Made by a program: the position numbers and the translations under genes
Shown here: piece after piece, positions 7,740 to 13,988 of the stretch
Position numbering within the stretch: the stretch's first letter is position 1
How the letters are laid out: the number at the start of each line of letters is the position of its first letter
From: Calditrichaceae bacterium
GTDB lineage: Bacteria > Calditrichota > Calditrichia > Calditrichales > JBFXGD01
Length of the DNA: 13,988 nt
Assembly: GCA_050173015.1 (NCBI GenBank)
Contig: JBFXLE010000046.1
Location: 1 to 13,988, forward strand
Direction of reading: 5' to 3'
The notes under the pieces: generated by a model
What the model was told of the DNA's origin: nothing
Databases searched by the model: none
The model's input: the letters and a program-made list of their open reading frames with translations, nothing else

Positions 7740-7757
7740 TTGAATATATGTATTCAA
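7740..7757. promoter_or_regulatory. Palindromic candidate operator upstream of the SDR gene
   Basis: TTGAATA-tatg-TATTCAA, next to a second inverted repeat TCCTGT-aa-ACAGGA (7724-7737), 50-85 nt upstream of the SDR start. Confidence 0.4.
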
Positions 7758-7888
7758 ATAGAACCCATATTCACTACCCGTCATTCCATATAAAATTGAT
7801 TTTTTAGGCGTCCGGCCGCTTTGCGGCGATGTTTTTAAAATTGAGATGTGGTTGGTTTTCGAAGAAAAGGAAGACGGGGGCAGGGAAA

Positions 7889-8212
7889 TCAGTGAGAATG
7901 CTCTTCGAGCGCTTTCTTCATCCGTTCCCGTGATTCATCATTTAACGTCACATCCGGCAGATTCTCCTCCTTCTCCAGTTCAATCGAATATTGGTGAATC
8001 ATATCGTGCATCGCTCTTAGCTGCCGGAGATAACGCTCGCATAGTTTGCAGGTCAAAATATGTATCCTGATCATGATCCGGTCATACAGCGAGATGCGTC
8101 TGTCCATGGATTCCGACATTTTCATGGTAATCACATCGCACGCCGGCATCACTTTGGACATAAAAAACATAATAATCGCCATGAGGCCGTTCAGTATCTT
8201 TTTGATCATCAT
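7889..8212 (-). CDS. zf-HC2 (ZAS) zinc-binding anti-sigma factor
   Basis: C..IT...S...D..(x)..HILTCKLC (HxxxCxxC); start overlaps the sigma stop codon (ATGA). Confidence 0.88.
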   Translation of the reverse strand: MMIKKILNGLMAIIMFFMSKVMPACDVITMKMSESMDRRISLYDRIMIRIHILTCKLCERYLRQLRAMHDMIHQYSIELEKEENLPDVTLNDESRERMKKALEEHSH

Positions 8213-8814
8213 TTATCCTTTTTTGTTTTTTTCCCAAACCAATTGAATTCAAGACAATGCCTTAACTGGGCGCGGGCCCTGTGAAGTAAAACCCATAAAT
8301 TAGACGAGGTTATTTTTAATTCCTTACAAATGTCATCGGAGCTGATCTCATCGATTTCCCGCATGGAAAACACCGCCGCCATCTTCGCCGGGAGCAGGGA
8401 GATGCATTCGCGCAAAATACGCATAAATTCTTTCTGGCTGATGGCGTCTTCGGGATGTTCCCCCCAGTCGGACGGTCCCCGTTCTTTATCCCAGTGGCCC
8501 CGTGTAATGCCGCCGGTTTTAAAATCATCGGCAGGATCAAATTCACCATGTTCCGGAACTTCATGCTCTTTCCGGCGGCTGCTTTTCCGGTACTGATCGA
8601 TGATTTTGTGTTTTAGAATGCTCACAAACCAGGTGCGTTCCGAACTTTTCCCGTCAAAATTGGATTGCGATTTCAACGCGGCAAGAAAAGTTTCCTGAAC
8701 TAGGTCTTCAGCGAGAGTCCTGTCGTTCACACGGGCGAAAGCATAGCGGAAGAGAAAATCGCCGTACAATTCAACCCATTCCGGCGGATTTAACGAATTT
8801 TTTTTTGAAGCCAA
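8209..8814 (-). CDS. ECF sigma-70 family RNA polymerase sigma factor (TIGR02943 / Neisseria sigmaE-like)
   Basis: Region 2 AEDLVQETFLAA...TWFVSILKHKIIDQYRK; linker GHW....P..W...PE; region 4 ICKELKITSSNLWVLLHRARAQLR. TTG start with GGAG SD. Confidence 0.93.
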   Translation of the reverse strand: MASKKNSLNPPEWVELYGDFLFRYAFARVNDRTLAEDLVQETFLAALKSQSNFDGKSSERTWFVSILKHKIIDQYRKSSRRKEHEVPEHGEFDPADDFKTGGITRGHWDKERGPSDWGEHPEDAISQKEFMRILRECISLLPAKMAAVFSMREIDEISSDDICKELKITSSNLWVLLHRARAQLRHCLEFNWFGKKTKKDK

Positions 8815-8931
8815 ATAAAATCTCCGTCTTTATGAAGATTAGAACAGAAGCCGGTAAAAAAATAGTCATAATAAAAATAGTGCGCAATTTAAAAATTAAA
8901 ATTACGGCTGAGAGAATCCCGGACTCAAAAC

Positions 8932-8959
8932 TGTAAGGTTGAAAGCTCGGATTCGACTA
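8932..8959 (+). promoter_or_regulatory. Candidate ECF-sigma promoter (-35 TGTAAGGTT, -10 CGACTA) for the divergent operon
   Basis: GTAAG (8933-8937), 16 nt, CGAC(TA) (8954-8959), ending 32 nt before the ATG at 8992. Resembles the GTAAGGTT...CGTCT motif I recall for Neisseria sigmaE (ECF13). Confidence 0.6.
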
Positions 8960-8991
8960 TACACTTAGTCACATATCAGAGTGAATCTCAA

Positions 8992-9972
8992 ATGCGGAAT
9001 TTAATTTATCTTATGGCCGCCGTCGTTGTTTTTCAGGCGGAATACATATACGGGCAGGCCTGCTGTTCAGCGGGTACGCCGATCCTAAGCGCCCTCGAAA
9101 TATCGGCGACACCGGAAAGGACCTGGCAAGTCGTGCTCACCTATGAATATAATTTCCTTCAGGATGTGGTGGCCGGTACCGAGCAATTGGATGATGGTAC
9201 AAGACAGCGCCTGAGTCAGTCCTTTTTGCTGGAAACCTCATACGGATTCAACCGTCTTTTTTCCATCAGCATGCTGCTGTCTTATATCCAACAGGAACGG
9301 AAACTCAATTCGGCCAATGATGAGAATTCAGACGAAAAGCTGATCACACGAGGATTCGGTGACGCGGTCATTCTTTTAAAATATAATCTTCTGCCGATCA
9401 CTATCTCTTCCTCCAGGCAGATTTCCGTGGGAGCAGGAATCAAATTGCCCACGGGCGAATCCGGTCTGAGGAGCAACGGAATACTCCTGCCCGCGGATAT
9501 GCAGCCGGGAACGGGCGCCCGGGACGGCATTTTGTGGGGATATGTTTTTCAGGGACTGACCGCCGATTCCCGGTATAATCTTTTTGCTAATACTACCTAT
9601 CGTTTTACCGGAACAAATGACCGTTTCCGCCTGGAAAATACATCCATAAAAGGATACAAATTCGGCAATGAATTTGTCATGACTATTGGGACGGCTTTTC
9701 GTACCCGATCACTGCTCGATTTTTCCCTTCTTGCCCGTTACCGCCATCTTGTCCCGGACCGTTTCTCGGGTTCCGAGGTTTCCAATACCGGTGGCAAATG
9801 GTTTTATCTTGTGCCGGGGATAAATCTGAATTTCAATCAAACATCCGTCCGTTTATCGGGTCAGCTTCCTGTTTACAGGGATCTTAATGGCATCCAGCTA
9901 ACCACTTCCTACACAGCATCCCTTTCCCTGTTCTATGTTTTTCAATCAAAAACAAAAGGAGGATCCGAATGA
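8992..9972 (+). CDS. Outer-membrane beta-barrel 'transporter' family protein (Phenol_MetA_deg/COG4313-like) with N-terminal Cys-Cys motif
   Basis: Signal peptide followed by QACCSAG; family motifs GFGD...KY, GIKLPTG, QPGTG..D and YKFGN; alternating aromatic beta-strands. Confidence 0.75.
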   Translation: MRNLIYLMAAVVVFQAEYIYGQACCSAGTPILSALEISATPERTWQVVLTYEYNFLQDVVAGTEQLDDGTRQRLSQSFLLETSYGFNRLFSISMLLSYIQQERKLNSANDENSDEKLITRGFGDAVILLKYNLLPITISSSRQISVGAGIKLPTGESGLRSNGILLPADMQPGTGARDGILWGYVFQGLTADSRYNLFANTTYRFTGTNDRFRLENTSIKGYKFGNEFVMTIGTAFRTRSLLDFSLLARYRHLVPDRFSGSEVSNTGGKWFYLVPGINLNFNQTSVRLSGQLPVYRDLNGIQLTTSYTASLSLFYVFQSKTKGGSE

Positions 9973-11066
9973 GGATCTACAATATAAACTCAGCCGCTCT
10001 AAGCGTATTTTTTGCAGGAATTCTTTTGCTTTCCTGTGAAAATGTCGCCGACTCGGGTTCATCACAATCCCGGCAGACAGGTGATTGGCTTATTCCCGCC
10101 GGGGAGGTTTTTGACGGCGGTCCGGGAAAGGATGGTATCCCCGCGTTAACAAGTCCCGAGGTCGTTCCGTCGGATCAGATTTCTTATCTTTCAGATGATG
10201 ACCTGGTGCTCATTTACAAATCAGGGGACATAACGCGCGCGTATCCTCATCCGATTCTGGACTGGCACGAAATCATCAATGATGAAGTAAACGGGGTGAA
10301 ACTTTCTGTCTCATACTGCCCGCTGACCGGATCCGGCATCGGTCTGAGCCGTGAAATAAAAGTAAACAACGCGGCGCGGGAAACCACATTCGGCGTTTCG
10401 GGATTGCTTTACAATACCAATCTGATTATGTATGACCGGCTGACGGACAGTTACTGGTCACAAATGAAATTTCAAAGCGTGCACGGCGAGCTGATCGGTC
10501 AGGAGCCTGAATTTATTCTAATCATTGAAACAACTTTCGGGACTTTGAAAAAAATGTATCCGAACGCGGAAGTAGTCTCGAATTCGACCGGTGTGTACGG
10601 CACCAGCCAGTACGGACGTTATCCCTATGGCGATTACAAAACAAACGACGGGCGGCTGCTCTTTCCGATTTCACCGGACGACAACCGGCTTCCGAGAAAA
10701 GAGAGGGTACTGGGGATTATCGGAGAGACGGAAAACCGGGTATATCAATTCAAACACTTTTCAAACGACATCCGGGTAATCAGCGATGAACTGGATGGAA
10801 AAACCCTTGTCATTGCCGGGAGTGAGAATCTGAATTTTATGACGGCGTTTTATGCCGAAACAAATGACGGAACAAAACTGACATTTACACCGCGTTTAGA
10901 TGATCTTCCAAATATTATGGAAGACAATAGCGGCAATGTGTATGATATATTTGGTCTGGCGGTGGTAGGTCCCGATCAGGGAAGACAGCTCCGCGCGCCG
11001 GAATCCTATATCGCGTTTTGGTTCGCCTGGGGCGCGTTTTATCCCGGGATTGATATTTACGAATGA
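9969..11066 (+). CDS. DUF3179 domain lipoprotein
   Basis: Lipobox LLLSC; GGPGKDGIPAL, WHEIIND, YCPLTGS, FGVSGLLYNTNLIMYDR.T.SYWSQ, C-terminal FWFAW..FYP; ATGA coupling to the upstream gene. Confidence 0.9.
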   Translation: MRIYNINSAALSVFFAGILLLSCENVADSGSSQSRQTGDWLIPAGEVFDGGPGKDGIPALTSPEVVPSDQISYLSDDDLVLIYKSGDITRAYPHPILDWHEIINDEVNGVKLSVSYCPLTGSGIGLSREIKVNNAARETTFGVSGLLYNTNLIMYDRLTDSYWSQMKFQSVHGELIGQEPEFILIIETTFGTLKKMYPNAEVVSNSTGVYGTSQYGRYPYGDYKTNDGRLLFPISPDDNRLPRKERVLGIIGETENRVYQFKHFSNDIRVISDELDGKTLVIAGSENLNFMTAFYAETNDGTKLTFTPRLDDLPNIMEDNSGNVYDIFGLAVVGPDQGRQLRAPESYIAFWFAWGAFYPGIDIYE

Positions 11067-11067
11067 T

Positions 11068-11448
11068 TTACCGCAGCACTTTAATAATATAATACAGAAT
11101 CACCGCCCCCGCGGCGAATGATGTAGTATCCAGCACACGGTCCCAAAACATACGGATGCGCAGATCCTGATTAAAATACTGTTCCACTTCCCGGATGCCG
11201 CCGGCAAGCAGTCCCATCAGCGCTGCTCCGGAATATGAACCGATCAGGATCACGGGAAGCAGCAGCAACGCCCCGTATAACGCGTGCAAACCCTGATCAA
11301 TTAAATTGGCCAGGCCCTCGCGGCGGGGACGCCATGGTCTTTTCCTGGCGGCGGCATTCAGAATACGGTGATATTCAGGCGGTTCGCAATCCTTGAGGAT
11401 CTCAATAACCGCCAACAGCTTTTCGTCCTGATTCTTTTTTTTCATCAT
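11068..11448 (-). CDS. Small hypothetical membrane protein, VanZ-like motif pattern
   Basis: Three hydrophobic segments with D-x-x-x-H (DQGLH), E-x-x-Q (REVEQ) and a distal D (RVLDT); GGGGG SD upstream. Confidence 0.65.
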   Translation of the reverse strand: MMKKKNQDEKLLAVIEILKDCEPPEYHRILNAAARKRPWRPRREGLANLIDQGLHALYGALLLLPVILIGSYSGAALMGLLAGGIREVEQYFNQDLRIRMFWDRVLDTTSFAAGAVILYYIIKVLR

Positions 11449-11559
11449 CCCCCCGAAAAGAATTAAGAGAAAAGAGTATATGACCGGACAATGAACGCGC
11501 CGTCAGGATTTTTCATATACTCTTTGATTTTCAGAACCGCGCGATTACCGTATCCAGGG

Positions 11560-13680
11560 CTAAATACTGATTCCGGAAAGATTCAGCAAAAACGCGTATT
11601 GAAAGGCAACTTCCCGGTAGCCCTTATACCTACCAGAAACGCCTCCGTGTCCCGCTTCCATCTCGGTTTTCAACAAAAGCAGATTATGATCTGTTTTCAT
11701 CACCCGCAGTTTTGCCACCCATTTTGCCGGTTCCCAGTACTGCACCTGCGAATCATGAAGACTTGTCAGAACAAGTATATTGGGATAGGCTTTCTTTTCA
11801 ACATTATCGTACGGTGAATAGGATCGGATATAATCATAATAAGTTTTATCATTCGGATTGCCCCATTCATCATATTCACTTGTGGTAAGAGGAATATTTT
11901 CGTCGAGCATGGTTGTGACAACATCAACAAACGGCACCGCCGCGATCACGCCTTTATATAAGTCGGGCCGCATATTTAATATCGCGCCCATCAGCAGGCC
12001 GCCCGCGCTGCCGCCTTGCGCGAACAAATTTTGAGGACCGGTGTACTTTTCTTTTATCAGAAAATCGGCGCAGGCGTTAAAATCGGTAAATGTGTTTTTC
12101 TTTTTCAGCAGTTTCCCGTCCTCATACCACTGACGGCCCAGCTCCTGTCCGCCGCGCACATGGGCAATGGCATAAATGAAGCCACGATCCAGCAGGCTGA
12201 TACGGTAAGGACTAAAATAGGCATCCATGCTGTAGCCGTACGAACCATAGCCATAGAGAAGCAGCGGATTGCCGCCGTCCTTTTTCATTCCCTTCGCATA
12301 GACGATTGATATGGGAATCTCTGTTCCGTCGTCCGCTGTCGCGTATAACCGTTCCGTCTGATAGTTGGAGGAAAGAAATCCGCCAAGGACTTCTTCCTGT
12401 TTCAACAAAGTTTTCTTCCGTGTGCTCATATTATAATCATACACCGTTTTCGGCGTGGTCATTGAAGTATAAACATAGCGGAGTTCAGGAGTGTCAAAAT
12501 TATGGTTATCGCTGGGTGAGACAAAATATGCCGGCTCGCCAAAGTCGAGATAATACTCATCTTTGCCATTCCATGGCCGGATGCGTAATTGAATCAGGCC
12601 TTTTTTTCGTTCTGAAACAACCAGGTAATCTTTAAATATTTCGATATCCTTAATCAGGACATCCGGTCTGTGTGGAATAACCTCCTGCCAGTATTTCCGC
12701 CCGGGATTATCCACCGGGGTTTTCATCAACCGGAAATTTTTGGCATGGTCATTTGTAATAATATAGAAATTCTTCCCGTAATGATCGACAGCATACTCAT
12801 GATCCCTTGCCCGCGGTTCGATAACTTTAAACTCGCCCTGCGGATTATCCGCGTCCAGAAAACGGTATTCGGAACTCAAAGTCTGCTCCGATGAAATCAT
12901 AATATATTTCCCGGATTTGGTTTTAAAGACAAAGCAGCTGAAAGTATCATCTTTTTCCTCATAAACCAGTTGGTCATCCTCAGGATTCGTTCCAAGAATA
13001 TGTTTATAGATTTGATACCATCTCAATGTTGACAGATCCTGCTTTGTGTAATACAGGGTTTTGCTGTCATTCGCCCAGGCCACATTGCTCGTGACAGAAG
13101 GAATCATGTCATTTAAGAGTTCACCTGTTTCTAAGTTTTTAAAACGTATGGTATAAATGCGTCTGCCCACGGTGTCTTCCGTGAAAGCAAGCAGTTTCTG
13201 ATCGTGGCTGACAGCGTACTGTCCCACGGAAAGAAACCCTTTCCCTTCCGCCATCACATTCAAATCCAGCATAATTTCTTCCGCGGCGCCCGGTGAGTCC
13301 TTTTTCCGGCAGTAGAGGGGATACTCATGGCCTTCCACTACGCGTGAATAATACAGATAATCGCCCTTTTTATAGGGAACGGAGATATCGGTCTGTTTGA
13401 TACGGTTTTTAAATTCTTCAAACAATTTTTCTTGCAGCGGCTGAGTAGAGGCCATAACGGATTCGGTATAGGCATTCTCGGCATTGAGATAATCAATGAC
13501 TTTGGGATTATCGCGTTCTTTTAGCCAGTAATAATTGTCATAACGAATATCACCGTGTTTTTCGAGTTTTTCAGGAATGATTTGCGCTGACGGCGGACGA
13601 ATATCCTGACCGGGTAAATTTTGGACTAAAAGCGCCGCCAGGAATGTTGTCAGCAGGAATAATCTTTTTGATATAAACAT
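11560..13680 (-). CDS. ptrB: Oligopeptidase B / protease II (S9A peptidase) with N-terminal signal peptide
   Basis: DNYYWL N-terminal motif; YGYGSYG, HVRGGQELGRQWY, catalytic GGSAGG, EYDEWGNP, HDSQVQYWEPAKW, AGHGG. ATG at 13680 (MFISKRLFLL...) has SD AAGGGGG and a signal peptide, and is preferred over 13737. Confidence 0.93.
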   Translation of the reverse strand: MFISKRLFLLTTFLAALLVQNLPGQDIRPPSAQIIPEKLEKHGDIRYDNYYWLKERDNPKVIDYLNAENAYTESVMASTQPLQEKLFEEFKNRIKQTDISVPYKKGDYLYYSRVVEGHEYPLYCRKKDSPGAAEEIMLDLNVMAEGKGFLSVGQYAVSHDQKLLAFTEDTVGRRIYTIRFKNLETGELLNDMIPSVTSNVAWANDSKTLYYTKQDLSTLRWYQIYKHILGTNPEDDQLVYEEKDDTFSCFVFKTKSGKYIMISSEQTLSSEYRFLDADNPQGEFKVIEPRARDHEYAVDHYGKNFYIITNDHAKNFRLMKTPVDNPGRKYWQEVIPHRPDVLIKDIEIFKDYLVVSERKKGLIQLRIRPWNGKDEYYLDFGEPAYFVSPSDNHNFDTPELRYVYTSMTTPKTVYDYNMSTRKKTLLKQEEVLGGFLSSNYQTERLYATADDGTEIPISIVYAKGMKKDGGNPLLLYGYGSYGYSMDAYFSPYRISLLDRGFIYAIAHVRGGQELGRQWYEDGKLLKKKNTFTDFNACADFLIKEKYTGPQNLFAQGGSAGGLLMGAILNMRPDLYKGVIAAVPFVDVVTTMLDENIPLTTSEYDEWGNPNDKTYYDYIRSYSPYDNVEKKAYPNILVLTSLHDSQVQYWEPAKWVAKLRVMKTDHNLLLLKTEMEAGHGGVSGRYKGYREVAFQYAFLLNLSGISI

Positions 13681-13780
13681 CTGCGCTGCCCCCTTCTTCT
13701 TAATAGGAATCAATATGTGATTTAATAATAGACGCACGATCCGGCTGTTAAATTATACAGATAAATTATAATTATCAAAT

Positions 13781-13905
13781 GGGCGCCCAAATTGGGACGC
13801 CCCAACTCTTCACTCTTACACTCTTAACGTTCTTAAATTCCTACTTCTTACTTCCTGCTTCTCTTAACCCACCCCGGGCCTGATAAATCATGCCCTTCCC
13901 CTCCC
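13781..13905. repeat. Dispersed copy of the REP-like hairpin plus 7-mer module, with a second REP-like hairpin
   Basis: GGGCGCCCAAATTGGGACGCCCCAACTCTT...CTTAA matches the 6550 unit; GGGCCTGAT-aa-ATCATGCCC at 13876-13895. Confidence 0.8.
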
Positions 13906-13988
13906 TTATGCATCAGGCTGTTGCAGATTATTGTTGAGGGGATAGTTCATATTACGTAAATTTATTGCCATAAACTGAGTCATACTTT

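Noticed and set aside
6849-8596. Alternative ORFs overlapping the SDR, anti-sigma and sigma genes
   Set aside because: Antisense or off-frame shadows of well-supported genes.
8876-8907. Autoregulatory ECF promoter on the minus strand (GTAAT-N16-CGCACT)
   Set aside because: Both boxes deviate from the plus-strand motif; too weak to call.
9969-11066. Selenocysteine in DUF3179
   Set aside because: No in-frame TGA before the terminal stop; the motif residue is TGC (Cys).
9282-12894. Small ORFs within or antisense to the barrel, DUF3179 and ptrB genes
   Set aside because: Overlap confident CDSs and show no independent motifs.

Overview
Bacterial chromosomal window; the gene set and repeat families suggest an FCB/Calditrichota-like lineage, but this is only an impression. 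From left to right it holds: a barrel-only Omp85/BamA-TamA family gene; a visibly AT-rich PD-(D/E)XK nuclease plus DUF2075/SF1 helicase gene (candidate single-gene antiphage system); a pair of REPIN-like elements; an uncharacterised 252-aa helical protein; a ~950-bp mosaic tandem repeat of REP-like hairpins and 7-mer microsatellites; an SDR oxidoreductase; an ECF sigma/zinc anti-sigma pair facing a divergent operon (Cys-Cys beta-barrel plus DUF3179 lipoprotein) preceded by a candidate ECF promoter; a small VanZ-like membrane protein; and oligopeptidase B. The most unusual signal lies directly after the stop codon of the 252-aa gene: a 13-unit array with 20-21 nt period, a conserved CCGGGGAAG core and 11-12 nt variable spacers. 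It is not frame-locked and fits neither CRISPR nor a protein repeat. All family calls come from reading motifs by eye; no database search was run.
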